A stretch of 64,000 nt of DNA. Source: an uncultured Chloroflexia bacterium (GTDB lineage Bacteria; Chloroflexota; Dehalococcoidia; SM23-28-2). Numbering within the stretch: the first letter of the stretch is position 1; each line of letters opens with the position of its first letter. Below are positions 9,035 through 22,331 of the stretch, one piece after another. The notes under the pieces were generated by a model that worked only from the letters and a program-made list of their open reading frames with translations, was not told the origin of the DNA and made no database searches. The stretch spans positions 627,250 through 691,249 of the forward strand of contig OY969584.1 in NCBI GenBank assembly GCA_963701285.1, read 5' to 3'. Both the position numbers and the translations under genes were made by a program.

Positions 9035-10327
9035 CTAGTCCAGGGAGACGATGTCCCCGAAGGGCTCCCAGCGGCCGCCCACTGCCCGGTGCATCTGCAG
9101 CGCCTGAACCGCGTAATGATCGCTAGGGCTCAGGTTGACGTTGATGCCTTCGAGCAGTACCGACGGGTGGAAACCCCGTAATGATTCCGTCGCCCGCATG
9201 ATGCTTTCTCGGTCCAGGTTGGCGCAGGTGTCGCCGAGGACCTTCACCACCGTCTCCGCCACGGCCTGGCCGTAAAGCGAGTAGTTGCTGGGCTCAGGGC
9301 CGTTGTGTTCGGCCATGATCTGCCGGTGCCGGGCGATGGCAGGGTCGGCCGTGCGGTCGGGTGGCGTTAGGTAGCCCGTGGCCAACACGCCCTCCATCAC
9401 CTCCGGCGATACGTACTGGAACATCACCGGGTCGGTGTTCACGTAGCTCAAGATGATCTGGGGCTTCCAGCCCATGCGGTTGGCCCCGTTGATCAGCTGC
9501 GCCGAGAAGCCGGGCAACGAGTAGGCCACCACGACCTGAGCCCCGGCGTCCCGCAGATTAACAACCTGCGAGCGGATGTCGCTATCGCTGGCCTCGTAGC
9601 TCTGCTCGGACACCATGTCGTTGTCCTGCGGGTCCAGCGCTGCCTTCAGCCCCGCCAGGCCGTCCTTGCCAAAGTCGTCGTTCTGATACAGCACTCCCAC
9701 CTTTTGGCCGGAGAAGTGGGAGGAGATGTACCTCCCGATGATGGTTCCCTCGCTCGTGTAGTCGATAATGAAGCCGATGGTGTAGGGAAAGCGCGCAGGG
9801 TCGCTCCCCCACTTGCGGGCTCCGGACGACACGAAGAGGTCGGGCACGCGGTTCTGGTTGAGGTACTCGTAGACGGCGGAATGGGGTGCGGTGCCTAGCC
9901 CCCCGACAATGGCCAGCACCTGGTCCTGCTCCACCAGCTTCTTGGTGGCGTCCAGGGCCCGCGCCGGGTCGTACATGTCGTCCTCCACCTTCAGGACAAT
10001 CTTACGACCGCAAACGCCACCCTGCGAGTCGACGTAGTCGAAGTAGGCCTCCTCGGCGAAGGCTATCGGCCCGTAGACGGCAGCGTAGCTGCCGCTGAGG
10101 GGGGTATGCTGCCCCAGGAGAATGGTAGAGTCGCTCACTCCCGGCACCTTCGCCCCACCGCCCTCGCAGGCCACGGTCGCGGCCGACAGGGCCGTCATCA
10201 GGCCCAGGAAAGCTAGGGGCAGTCTCGAAAACGGTTTTCTGCCGCTGGAAGGCTGCGCTGCCCCGGATATCTTCAGATAGCTCCCAGTCGCTAGGGGCTG
10301 CCCCCGCTCGCCGCTCCTCCCCACCAT
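9035..10327 (-). CDS. ABC transporter substrate-binding lipoprotein, LivK-like (second paralog)
   Basis: 430-aa ORF. Lipobox TVAC, then LLGQHTPLSGSYAAVYGP..., paralogous to 7510..8976. The exact start is uncertain. Confidence 0.82.
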   Translation of the reverse strand: MVGRSGERGQPLATGSYLKISGAAQPSSGRKPFSRLPLAFLGLMTALSAATVACEGGGAKVPGVSDSTILLGQHTPLSGSYAAVYGPIAFAEEAYFDYVDSQGGVCGRKIVLKVEDDMYDPARALDATKKLVEQDQVLAIVGGLGTAPHSAVYEYLNQNRVPDLFVSSGARKWGSDPARFPYTIGFIIDYTSEGTIIGRYISSHFSGQKVGVLYQNDDFGKDGLAGLKAALDPQDNDMVSEQSYEASDSDIRSQVVNLRDAGAQVVVAYSLPGFSAQLINGANRMGWKPQIILSYVNTDPVMFQYVSPEVMEGVLATGYLTPPDRTADPAIARHRQIMAEHNGPEPSNYSLYGQAVAETVVKVLGDTCANLDRESIMRATESLRGFHPSVLLEGINVNLSPSDHYAVQALQMHRAVGGRWEPFGDIVSLD

Positions 10328-10369
10328 GCCGGCAGGCCTCTCGGGGCTCGCGATCCGCGCGCCGGTGCC

Positions 10370-11533
10370 CTAGGAGGAGCCGCCCTCCTTATCCCCTTGG
10401 GGGGGATTGGGGTTGGGCGTCTCTTTGGACGGCGTCGGGACGTTATTGCTGCCGCCCGCGAGCCCAGTTCGCAGGCGCGAGCCGATCCGGCGGGAAAGGT
10501 CGGTTAGGTTGTGAAGGACCAAGGGCGGCTGAAGCCGGCTCACGCGCTGGATGAAGCCAGCCAAGCCGTAGGGCATGAAGATCATCACCAGGATCAGGCA
10601 GGCGCCGTACACGACGCCCGGCGTCTGATCTGCGGTGGGGAGATGAAGGGTGGCCGAGAGGGTCTTGATCTCCGGTATCAGCACAAAGGCGGCAGCGCCC
10701 AGAATGGAGCCCAGAATCGAGGCCAGCCCGCCCACCACAATGGTGGTGAGGTAGTTGATGGACTGGGTGACGTCGAAGCTGCGTGGACCTACAAAGCTGA
10801 TGACCTGCATGTAGACGCCGCCGCATACACCGGCATAAAGGGCGCTGATGGCAAAGGCCATTGTCTTGAAGCGCGGCACGCTGATGCCCATCGACTGAGC
10901 GGCAATCTCGCTGTCGCGGATGGCCACAAAGGCTCGCCCCAATCGACTGCGGACAATGTTCCACGCGACTAGAGCCATGATTGCGGCTACTATGAGCGCC
11001 AGGAAGTACAGCCATTGGGTCTCGTTCAGGATGCCGCCCAGGCCGGGCGGCGGCGACGCCGAGTGGATGTTGATCCCCTGACTCCCGTGCGTGAGGCCGC
11101 CGTACTTCTGGAGGATCTGGGGCGTGGCAAGGGCCAGGGCCAGGGTGGCGATCGCCAGGTAGGGGCCGGTAAGCCGCAGGGCCGGCACCCCCACCAGGAA
11201 CCCGATGGCTCCCGTGACGAGCCCGGCCACCGGGATAGTCGCCCAGAAGGGCCAGCCGTGGTCGCCTATCAGGATGGCCGACGCGTATGCTCCCACCGCC
11301 ACGAAGGCGCCGTGGCCCAGCGAGATCTGGCCGTTGTAGCCGGTCAGCAGGTTGAGCCCCAGAGCCACAATGGCCCACATGGCGATTTCCGTCGCTTGGA
11401 AGATCCGGTAGCTGCCCAACTGCAGTGGCACCCCACTGGGGAGCTCATTGCTGAAAGGGATCCAATAGACCAGGACAAACGCCAGGAGGGCCCAGGCCAG
11501 CAGGATTCGCGGTCGCCGAATGACCCCCAGCAT
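10370..11533 (-). CDS. livM: branched-chain amino acid ABC transporter permease
   Basis: Start ATG at 11533..11531 overlaps the livH stop (TGATG). Contains LNLLTGYNGQISLGHGAF. The track ORF to 11641 is a 5' extension. Confidence 0.85.
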   Translation of the reverse strand: MLGVIRRPRILLAWALLAFVLVYWIPFSNELPSGVPLQLGSYRIFQATEIAMWAIVALGLNLLTGYNGQISLGHGAFVAVGAYASAILIGDHGWPFWATIPVAGLVTGAIGFLVGVPALRLTGPYLAIATLALALATPQILQKYGGLTHGSQGINIHSASPPPGLGGILNETQWLYFLALIVAAIMALVAWNIVRSRLGRAFVAIRDSEIAAQSMGISVPRFKTMAFAISALYAGVCGGVYMQVISFVGPRSFDVTQSINYLTTIVVGGLASILGSILGAAAFVLIPEIKTLSATLHLPTADQTPGVVYGACLILVMIFMPYGLAGFIQRVSRLQPPLVLHNLTDLSRRIGSRLRTGLAGGSNNVPTPSKETPNPNPPQGDKEGGSS

Positions 11534-12489
11534 CACACTCGCCTCAGGTGCTGGCGACCGAACAAGCCCGTGGGCTTGATCATAAGGACCAATACGATAA
11601 CGAGGAGGGCTGCCGTTAGCTTCATCTCTGGCCCAAACCAACTGACATGGATGTACTCCGGCGTTGTATACGTGCCGACCAGGTTCTCCACGATGCCCAG
11701 GGTCAGCCCGCCGACCACCGCACCCGGTGGGCTATCCATTCCGCCCAGCACAACGGCAGCGAAGGCGTAGAGCAGGACGCCCAGCATCATTGGCGGCTGG
11801 AGCAGGACCAACGGCGCGACCATCATCCCTCCCACTGCACCCACGGCCGCTGACAACGCCCAGCCCATGGTCAGCATGTTGCCCACCCGAATGCCCATCA
11901 AACGGGCGGCGACCGAGTTCTGGGCGGTGCCGCGCATGGCCAGCCCAGCCGGCGTGTACTGGAAGAAGACATACAGGGCCGCCATGATCCCCACGGCCAC
12001 CACCATGATCGTCAGGTCGTGGTAGCTGATAACGGTAGGCCCGATATCCAGGGGGCTGTCGCCGAAGAACTTGATCCCCGTCACGTGGATCTCAGGTGGG
12101 GTGGGGAAGGCCTTGGGGATGCCCCCCCAGGCCCAGGCAGCCACATTCTCAAATATGGCGAACAACCCCAGCGTCACGATGACAATAGTCAGGATCGGCC
12201 TCCCCTCCACCGGGCGGATGACCACCCGCTCCAGGAAGGCGCCCAGAATGATTGCGAAGGCCAGGACCAGGAAGAACATGAGCCAGTAGTACAGCGGGTG
12301 AATATTGGAGCCCAGGAAGCTGCCAGTGAAAAGCATCCAGCCGAAGAAGGTCGTGAACATTGCCATCTCGCCCTGGGCGAAGTTGATGACGTCCGTAGAA
12401 CGATAGATGAGGACGATGGCGAGGGCTACGAGGCCGTAGACGGAGCCCGTGGCCAGGCCCGTGAGCACCTGTTGCAGGAATAGTTCCAC
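11533..12489 (-). CDS. livH: branched-chain amino acid ABC transporter permease
   Basis: 318 aa: MELFLQQVLTGLATGSVYGLVALAIVLIYRSTDVINFAQGEM. Confidence 0.88.
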   Translation of the reverse strand: MELFLQQVLTGLATGSVYGLVALAIVLIYRSTDVINFAQGEMAMFTTFFGWMLFTGSFLGSNIHPLYYWLMFFLVLAFAIILGAFLERVVIRPVEGRPILTIVIVTLGLFAIFENVAAWAWGGIPKAFPTPPEIHVTGIKFFGDSPLDIGPTVISYHDLTIMVVAVGIMAALYVFFQYTPAGLAMRGTAQNSVAARLMGIRVGNMLTMGWALSAAVGAVGGMMVAPLVLLQPPMMLGVLLYAFAAVVLGGMDSPPGAVVGGLTLGIVENLVGTYTTPEYIHVSWFGPEMKLTAALLVIVLVLMIKPTGLFGRQHLRRV

Positions 12490-12504
12490 CGTCGCCTCCC
12501 CTGA

Positions 12505-13212
<708 letters not shown>

Positions 13213-13217
13213 CCCTG

Positions 13218-14144
13218 CTACTCCCCCAGATAGGCCTCGATGACCTGCGGATCCTTCTGCACTTCGGCTGGCGTTCCCTCGGCGATCCGCCGGCCGAAGT
13301 TCAGGACGCACACGCGGTCGGATATGGACATGATAAGTTCCATGTGGTGCTCCACCACCAGGACGGTCATGTGGAGATCGTCGCGGATGCGGCGAATGAC
13401 GTTTCCTAGCTGCTCCAGCTCCTGGTGGCTCAGGCCGCCCGCCGGCTCGTCCAGCAGGATGAGGCGCGGGTCGGCGACCAGCGCCCGTGCCAGCTCCACC
13501 CGCTTCTGAATCCCGAAGGAGAGGCCGCCAGCGGGCATCGGCGCGTACTGGCTCAGCCCCAGGAAGTCCAGGATCTCCATCGCCCGCTCGCGGGCGATGC
13601 GGTCTTCACTGACGAAGAAGGGTGGCGCCAGGTGGAGGCTGTTGCGGGTGGCCCCGTATACGAGCGCCTCTCCCACAAACGGAACCGTGCTCCAGGCGGC
13701 CCGCGCAACGCGCTTTCCCGCCTCGAGGAAGAACCGCCCGACCTCCGCGACGTCCACGCCCGCCCGCATCAGGTCGCTAGCTGTGTGTCTCTCTTGCACC
13801 GGCAGACGAGCCCATTTGGGTCCCAAGCGGTGGTGCTGTCCCACCAGGAGGTTGCTCAGCACGCTCATCGACCGGAAGAGCTCGACATTCTGGAAGGTGC
13901 GCGCGATGCCGACGTTCACCACTTCCGGGGCGTTCAGCCTCAGCAGCTCGTGGTCGTCAAACTTGATGGAACCGCGGTCGGCGTCGTAGAGGCGGGTGAT
14001 GCAGTTGAAGACTGTTGTCTTGCCGGCACCGTTGGGCCCAATCAGGCCCATAATTTCGCCCGACTGGGCCTCAAAAGAGACACCGTCCAGGGCGACGATG
14101 CCGCCGAAGGACTTAGTAAGGTTGCTTACCTGCAGTCCGGGCAT
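13218..14144 (-). CDS. livG: branched-chain amino acid ABC transporter ATP-binding protein, with extended internal insertion
   Basis: Walker A GPNGAGKTT, LSFGIQKRVELARAL, LLDEPAGGL. Carries about 40 extra residues between VGQHHRL and ARERAMEILDFLGL compared with E. coli LivG. Confidence 0.85.
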   Translation of the reverse strand: MPGLQVSNLTKSFGGIVALDGVSFEAQSGEIMGLIGPNGAGKTTVFNCITRLYDADRGSIKFDDHELLRLNAPEVVNVGIARTFQNVELFRSMSVLSNLLVGQHHRLGPKWARLPVQERHTASDLMRAGVDVAEVGRFFLEAGKRVARAAWSTVPFVGEALVYGATRNSLHLAPPFFVSEDRIARERAMEILDFLGLSQYAPMPAGGLSFGIQKRVELARALVADPRLILLDEPAGGLSHQELEQLGNVIRRIRDDLHMTVLVVEHHMELIMSISDRVCVLNFGRRIAEGTPAEVQKDPQVIEAYLGE

Positions 14145-14295
14145 GGCTCTTAGGAAGGCTTTGCACTGTAGTTACCTGTAAGAGTGCCAGTGATGGCATC
14201 GACTTTATAAACTGTTTTCTCGTCTAGCGCAACCCATTAGACCAAGAAACCTCGCCGCTGGGACGAAACGGCCTAGCGCGCACAGCCAATTTGCG

Positions 14296-14324
14296 TTGAC
14301 GCAAGCAGGCCACGGCGCTAGAAT
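14296..14324 (+). promoter_or_regulatory. candidate sigma-70-type promoter of valS (TTGACG-17-TAGAAT)
   Basis: TTGACG at 14296..14301, a 17-nt spacer, and TAGAAT at 14319..14324. The -35 lies inside the inverted repeat TTGCGT-tg-ACGCAA (14291..14304). Confidence 0.5.
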
Positions 14325-14485
14325 GCTTCCACCAAGGCGGCGAACCCCCCGGCCGCGGTCGGGAAGGATCCGCCGCCTTTATGTCACCCGTCCGCCCGGG
14401 CCGATCGGTCGGCTGGTCGTCGACCCTGGCAGGCCCGCTGACTCGCGACTTCACGATGAGCGACCCTGGCGACTCGCGCACGGAC

Positions 14486-17165
<2,680 letters not shown>

Positions 17166-17229
17166 GACTTCCCACATTATGGACTGTGGATTATTTGTAT
17201 TCTATTATGGAATAGGTAGACATTACGGA

Positions 17230-17258
17230 TTGACGGCAGGAATAGTGCATGTTATCAC
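17230..17258 (+). promoter_or_regulatory. candidate nuo operon promoter (TTGACG-17-TATCAC with TGn extended -10)
   Basis: Lies in the most AT-rich intergenic stretch of the window (17166..17294), 37 nt upstream of nuoA. ATTATGGA occurs twice just upstream. Confidence 0.4.
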
Positions 17259-17294
17259 AATCTCAACCCGCCAGGTACAGGAGGTTAGCCGCCC

Positions 17295-17660
17295 TTGCAG
17301 CCGCTCTACGATAACTACGTAGGTGTCCTTGTTGGCGCCATCGTGGGCATCCTGCTGGTGGGCGGAGCGCTTTTCGCCAACTTCCTCTTCGCCCCCCGTT
17401 CGCCCTCGCGGCCCAAGAGCCTCTCCTACGAGTGCGGCATGCTGCCCATTGGGCGCAACGTCACCCAGGTCCACTTCCGCTACTATCTGTTCGGCATCCT
17501 CTTCCTCATCTTCGACGTGGAGACGGCCTTCCTCTTCCCCTGGGCGGTAACCTTCCTCGACGTAGGCAAGGCCGCCTTCTTCGAGATGGTGGTGTTCATC
17601 TTCATCCTGGGCTTCGGCCTCTTGTACGCCTGGAAGAAGGGTGTGTTGCGGTGGAGGTAG
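17295..17660 (+). CDS. nuoA: NADH-quinone oxidoreductase subunit A
   Basis: 121 aa. TTG start after AGGAGG. Contains YECGMLP...FRYYLFGILFLIFDVE. Confidence 0.85.
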   Translation: MQPLYDNYVGVLVGAIVGILLVGGALFANFLFAPRSPSRPKSLSYECGMLPIGRNVTQVHFRYYLFGILFLIFDVETAFLFPWAVTFLDVGKAAFFEMVVFIFILGFGLLYAWKKGVLRWR

Positions 17661-17663
17661 GCA

Positions 17664-18281
17664 ATGGCTGACGAGAAGAAGGTCGAAGAAGTCCACGAAG
17701 TCCATGACGACCCGGCGCGCGCCATCTCCGACGTGGTGCCGCCGGAGCTACGCCGGCGCATCAAAGAGCTGAGCGCGGTGGAGGCCGATCCCAGCCAGGG
17801 CAAGGCCCTCTACCGGCAGGTCCTGCCCGGCGTGCTCCAGGTGCCGGCGGACACCATCATCGCCCTGGCCCGTAAGTCGTCCCTCTGGCCGCTGACCTTC
17901 GGCCTGGCCTGCTGCGCCATCGAGATGATCTCCGCCCACATGTCCAAGCACGACCTGGACCGATTCGGCATCCTGCCCTGGCCCTCGCCCCGCCAGGCGG
18001 ACGTCATGGTGGTATCCGGCACGGTGACCAAGAAGATGGCCCCTGCTGTCAAGCTGCTGTACGAGCAGATGCCCAGCCCCAAGTGGGTCATCTCCATGGG
18101 CGCCTGCGCCACCAACGGCGGCCCCTACACCCGTTACGACCGCGTCCTCCAGGGGGTAGACAAGATCATCCCGGTCGATGTCTATGTCTCCGGCTGCCCG
18201 CCGCGGCCGGAGGCCCTGGTCGACGCCTTCATGCAGTTGCAGAAGAAGATCATGGAGGAACGAGGGAAGATCGGTCGATGA
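17664..18281 (+). CDS. nuoB: NADH-quinone oxidoreductase subunit B
   Basis: Contains [16 protein letters not shown]...[10 protein letters not shown]...SGCPPRPE. Confidence 0.93.
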   Translation: MADEKKVEEVHEVHDDPARAISDVVPPELRRRIKELSAVEADPSQGKALYRQVLPGVLQVPADTIIALARKSSLWPLTFGLACCAIEMISAHMSKHDLDRFGILPWPSPRQADVMVVSGTVTKKMAPAVKLLYEQMPSPKWVISMGACATNGGPYTRYDRVLQGVDKIIPVDVYVSGCPPRPEALVDAFMQLQKKIMEERGKIGR

Positions 18282-19000
18282 GCGCTGAGGAACGGCGAGA
18301 GCCCGGCGCCAAGGAGGCGCCGATCGTTGCCCCACCGCCGGGAAGCATCGCCGACACGTTCAAGGAAGTGCTCCCGGATGTGGGGTTCGTGGCCAACCAG
18401 GGCGTGCTGGACGTCAGCCTCACCGTCGGCCGCCAGGACATCCCGCGGGTGATGCGCGCGGCCAAGGACGACCCGCGCCTCGCCTTCGACTACCTGCGCT
18501 GCCTCAGCGGCGTCGACCAGATGGAGCAGGGGCTGGAGGTCGTCTACCACCTCTACTCCTTCAAGCACCAGCACAACGTCACCATCAAGACCCTCCTCTC
18601 GGCCGACGACCCCCAGGTGGCGACGGCGACCACCGTTTGGAACGGCGCCCTCTGGCACGAGCGGGAGGCGCACGAGATGTTCGGCATCGTCTTCCAGGGC
18701 CACCCAGACCTGCGGCCGCTCCTCTTGGAGGAAGGCCTGGGCTACTATCCGCTGCTGAAGAGCCACCCTATGGCGGAGATCGAGGAGTCGCAGGAGGAGT
18801 TCATCCAGGAGGAGGCGCCCGTCGGGGCCGCAGCGGCGGCGGCGCCCGTGGACGAGCGGGCGGCCAAGATCGCCCTCGCCCAGAAGAAAGCGGAGGTCAT
18901 GAAGAAGGCGCGGGAGGAGGCCCGGGCCAAGGGCCTCTCGCCTGAGGAGGAGAAAGCATACGTCCAGGAGGCCCTCAAAGCCCTCGAGGAGGGGAAGTAG
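18278..19000 (+). CDS. nuoC: NADH-quinone oxidoreductase subunit C with about 70-aa charged C-terminal extension
   Basis: ATG at 18278 overlaps the nuoB stop (ATGA). Contains [25 protein letters not shown], followed by a K/E/A-rich tail. Confidence 0.88.
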   Translation: MSAEERREPGAKEAPIVAPPPGSIADTFKEVLPDVGFVANQGVLDVSLTVGRQDIPRVMRAAKDDPRLAFDYLRCLSGVDQMEQGLEVVYHLYSFKHQHNVTIKTLLSADDPQVATATTVWNGALWHEREAHEMFGIVFQGHPDLRPLLLEEGLGYYPLLKSHPMAEIEESQEEFIQEEAPVGAAAAAAPVDERAAKIALAQKKAEVMKKAREEARAKGLSPEEEKAYVQEALKALEEGK

Positions 19001-19055
19001 GGGCGGCGCTTGCTCCGCCCCGGAAGCTGCGGGTCGTAACCCGTAGAGAGCAATT

Positions 19056-20180
19056 ATGGCCATCGATGAGCGCCACCTAGAGACGATAGACGTCAACGTC
19101 AACGTGGGGCCGCAGCACCCCGCGACCCACGGCGTCTTCCGCATGATCCTTCGCGTCGACGGCGAGCTGGTGGTGGACGTGGAGCCCGTCATCGGCTACC
19201 TGCACCGCGGCGCCGAGAAGCTGTCCGAGAACTGCGATTACCGCCAGGCCATCGGCTTTCAGGACCGCACCGAGTACCTGTCTCAGTTCAACGCCGAGCT
19301 CTGCTACGTCATCGCCGTGGAGAAGCTCATGGGCCTGGAGGTGCCGGAGCGGGCCGAATACATTCGCGTCATCCTCACGGAGCTGAACCGTATTGCCAGC
19401 CACATGATGTTCATGGGGGCCTTCGGCACTGACCTCGGTGTCTTCGCCACCCCCTTCATGTATGCCTTCCGCGACCGGGAATACATCCAGGACCTCTTCG
19501 AGGAGGTCAGCGGCGACCGCATGATGTACAGCTACTTCCGCGTGGGCGGTCTGGCCTGGGACGTTCCCGAGGACTTCGTGGAGCGCACCCACTGGGTGGT
19601 GAAGCAGGCCCGCCGGGGCATCGCCGACCTCGACGGCCTCCTCACGGAGAACGAGGTCTTCCTGGCCCGCTCGCGCGGCATCGGCGTCATGGGCGCCGAG
19701 CAGGCAATCGACTGGGGCTTCTCCGGCCCGATGCTGCGGGCCAGCGGCGTCCGCCACGACCTCCGCCGGGCCGAGCCCTATTCCATCTACGACCGCCTGG
19801 AGTTCGACATCCCTGTCGGCGACCACGGCGACGTCTACGACCGCTACATGGTCCGCCTCGAGGAGATGCGCCAGTCGGCCCGCATCGTCGAGCAGTGCCT
19901 GGACCAGATGCCCAAGGACGGGCCCATCGTTGCCCCCGGCCTCAAGCGTGTCCTGCGGCCGCCGGCCGGCGAGCTGTACATGCGGACGGAGAACCCCCGC
20001 GGCGAGTACGGCATCTATCTCGTCTCCAAGGGAACCGACAAGCCCTACCGCCTGAAGGTCCGTGCGCCCAGCTTCTGCCACCTGGCGGCCCTGCGCGACA
20101 TGACCGTTGGTCACTACGTGGCCGACGCCGTCATCATCCTCGGCTCCATCGATATCGTCCTCTGCGAGGTGGACCGGTGA
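19056..20180 (+). CDS. nuoD: NADH-quinone oxidoreductase subunit D
   Basis: Contains NVGPQHPATHGVFRM...GYLHRGAEK. Confidence 0.95.
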   Translation: MAIDERHLETIDVNVNVGPQHPATHGVFRMILRVDGELVVDVEPVIGYLHRGAEKLSENCDYRQAIGFQDRTEYLSQFNAELCYVIAVEKLMGLEVPERAEYIRVILTELNRIASHMMFMGAFGTDLGVFATPFMYAFRDREYIQDLFEEVSGDRMMYSYFRVGGLAWDVPEDFVERTHWVVKQARRGIADLDGLLTENEVFLARSRGIGVMGAEQAIDWGFSGPMLRASGVRHDLRRAEPYSIYDRLEFDIPVGDHGDVYDRYMVRLEEMRQSARIVEQCLDQMPKDGPIVAPGLKRVLRPPAGELYMRTENPRGEYGIYLVSKGTDKPYRLKVRAPSFCHLAALRDMTVGHYVADAVIILGSIDIVLCEVDR

Positions 20181-21283
20181 TCGCTGGCAATCCCTGGATT
20201 GACGCCATAGTGCGGACGCTGCTGGTAGTGCTGCTGGTCATCGTGGCCGCCCTGATCCTCATCTGGCTGGAGCGAAAGGTGGCGGGGCGCGTCCAGATGC
20301 GCCTCGGCCCGATGGTGGTGGGGCCCTACGGCGTCTTCCAGTCGGTGGCCGACGCCATCAAGCTCCTGACCAAAGAGGACCTGCGGCCGGCCACCGCCGA
20401 TCGCTGGGTCTTCGAGTTGGCGCCCTTTGTGGCCTTCGTGCCTTCGCTCCTCACCCTGATCTCGCTGCCTTTCACCGCCCACCTGTTCGTCCGGAATCTG
20501 GAGCTGGGCCTGTTCTACATCGTGGCGGTCTCGGGGCTGTCCATTGTCGGCCTGCTCATGGCCGGCTGGGGTTCCGCCAACAAATACGCCCTCCTGGGCG
20601 CCGTCCGCGCCGCCGCCCAACTCATTAGCTACGAGATCCCGCTGGTGCTGGCCATTCTGGCTGTGGCCATGGTCGCCGGCACGCTGAACCTGGTGCAGAT
20701 CGTCGATGCGCAGGGCCGGGTGCCCTACATCGCCTGGCAGCCCCTGGGCTTCGGCATCTTCATCATCGCCACCCTGGCCGAGCTCTACCGCAACCCCTTC
20801 GACATCCCGACGGCGGAGTCGGAGATCGTGGGCGGGCCGTTCATCGAGTACAGCGGCATCCGCTGGGCCATGTTTTTCTTCGCCGAGTACATCAGCGTCT
20901 TCGTGCTCTCGGTGCTGGGGTCGCTGGTCTTCCTGGGCGGCTGGAACTGGCCCCTGGGCAACGAGGTGGGCTGGCCGCTACAGCTGGTGCTCATCTTCGT
21001 CAAGACCTCGGCCATGCTGCTGCTCTTCATGTGGCTGCGGGTGACGCTGCCCCGCCTGCGCATCGATCAGCTCATGTCCTTCTGCTGGCAGGTGCTCTTG
21101 CCGTTCGCATTCTTGGGAATTATCATCAATGGCTTAGTACTGGTGTACGGGTGGCCGGACGTGGTGCTGGGCATCTCCTCCGGCGTGGCGGGCCTTATCG
21201 CCGGCGCCGTCGTCTACCGCGGCAGCCGGCGAGCGGTGCCCAGCCAGCCCTGGTCGCTCGCGCCCGTTAGAGGGCTCGAATGA
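20177..21283 (+). CDS. nuoH: NADH-quinone oxidoreductase subunit H
   Basis: GTG at 20177 overlaps the nuoD stop (GTGA). Contains LIWLERKVAGRVQMRLGP. The track ORF from 19895 is a 5' extension. Confidence 0.92.
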   Translation: MIAGNPWIDAIVRTLLVVLLVIVAALILIWLERKVAGRVQMRLGPMVVGPYGVFQSVADAIKLLTKEDLRPATADRWVFELAPFVAFVPSLLTLISLPFTAHLFVRNLELGLFYIVAVSGLSIVGLLMAGWGSANKYALLGAVRAAAQLISYEIPLVLAILAVAMVAGTLNLVQIVDAQGRVPYIAWQPLGFGIFIIATLAELYRNPFDIPTAESEIVGGPFIEYSGIRWAMFFFAEYISVFVLSVLGSLVFLGGWNWPLGNEVGWPLQLVLIFVKTSAMLLLFMWLRVTLPRLRIDQLMSFCWQVLLPFAFLGIIINGLVLVYGWPDVVLGISSGVAGLIAGAVVYRGSRRAVPSQPWSLAPVRGLE

Positions 21284-21284
21284 G

Positions 21285-21812
21285 ATGCTAGGACTGTTCA
21301 AAGCGCTGGGCACTACCCTCTCCTCCTTCCTGCGCAAGCCGGTGACGGTGCAGTACCCGGATGTCCACAAAGAGCTGCCGCACCGCACGCGGGGCTTCCC
21401 CGTCCTCCTCTGGGACTTCGAGGTGGACGAGCCCTTCTGTGTTGGCTGCCAGGTCTGTGCCCGCTACTGCCCCACCGAGTGCATGAGCGTGACCATGAAG
21501 GACAACCCCCTCTTCGCCGAGGGGAAGAGCAAGCGGCGCAAGATCGTCGACAAGTTCGTCATCGACTATGCCCGCTGCATGCGCTGCGATATCTGCGTCG
21601 AGGTCTGCAACTTCGATGCCATTGTTCTGAACAACAGTTGGTCGGGCCACGAGGTCTCGCGCTACGACCGGCGCGACCTGGTCCAGGACCTGGAGGACCT
21701 TCTCGCAGAATCCAAGGAGGGTAGCCTCACCAATCCCTTCCGGGAGCCCCTGGGCATGGCCCACTCGGGCTGGAGTCCCAAGCCCCGCGAGGAGAAGACC
21801 GAGACCGAATAG
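21285..21812 (+). CDS. nuoI: NADH-quinone oxidoreductase subunit I
   Basis: Two 4Fe-4S motifs: CVGCQVCARYCP and CMRCDICVEVC. Confidence 0.92.
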   Translation: MLGLFKALGTTLSSFLRKPVTVQYPDVHKELPHRTRGFPVLLWDFEVDEPFCVGCQVCARYCPTECMSVTMKDNPLFAEGKSKRRKIVDKFVIDYARCMRCDICVEVCNFDAIVLNNSWSGHEVSRYDRRDLVQDLEDLLAESKEGSLTNPFREPLGMAHSGWSPKPREEKTETE

Positions 21813-21833
21813 CGGTCTGGGGAGCAATGGCCG

Positions 21834-22331
21834 GTGTCTGCTGAAGAGGGGGTATTTTATGTTATCGCTGCCCTCACCGTGGGGGGCGCGATGGGCGTCG
21901 TGTTCGCCCGCAACGTCGTGTACTCCGCTCTCTTCCTCATCCTCGCCCTGCTCTCCGTGGCCGGCATCTTCCTCCTGCTCTCCGCCGAGTTCCTGGCCCT
22001 GGTCCAGATCCTCATCTACGGCGGCGCCGTCACCATCCTGGTGCTCTTCGCCCTGATGCTCACCCGGGTGCAGGACATGCCCGTGGCCCTGGATAGCCCC
22101 CAGAAGCCCTTCGCCTTCCTGGCCGCCGCTGGCGTCCTCTCCGTCTTCATCCTGGCGGCGGTGGGCACTACCTGGCCCGGGCAGACCGAGAAGATCAACG
22201 CCATCCCCTTGCACAGCTTCGGCGATGCCCTGTTCCGCACCTACGCGCTGCCCTTTGAGGTGGCGTCTCTGGTGCTGATGGTGTCCCTGGTGGGGGCCAT
22301 CGTCCTCGCCCGCGGGGAGGAAGGCGAATGA
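21834..22331 (+). CDS. nuoJ: NADH-quinone oxidoreductase subunit J
   Basis: 165-aa membrane protein at the expected operon position. Contains AEFLALVQILIYGGAV. Confidence 0.85.
   Translation: MSAEEGVFYVIAALTVGGAMGVVFARNVVYSALFLILALLSVAGIFLLLSAEFLALVQILIYGGAVTILVLFALMLTRVQDMPVALDSPQKPFAFLAAAGVLSVFILAAVGTTWPGQTEKINAIPLHSFGDALFRTYALPFEVASLVLMVSLVGAIVLARGEEGE

Noticed and set aside
14331-14485. T-box riboswitch in the valS leader.
   Set aside because: I could not find the conserved T-box sequence (AAnnnGGGUGGUACCGCG-like), or a specifier/antiterminator arrangement, by eye.
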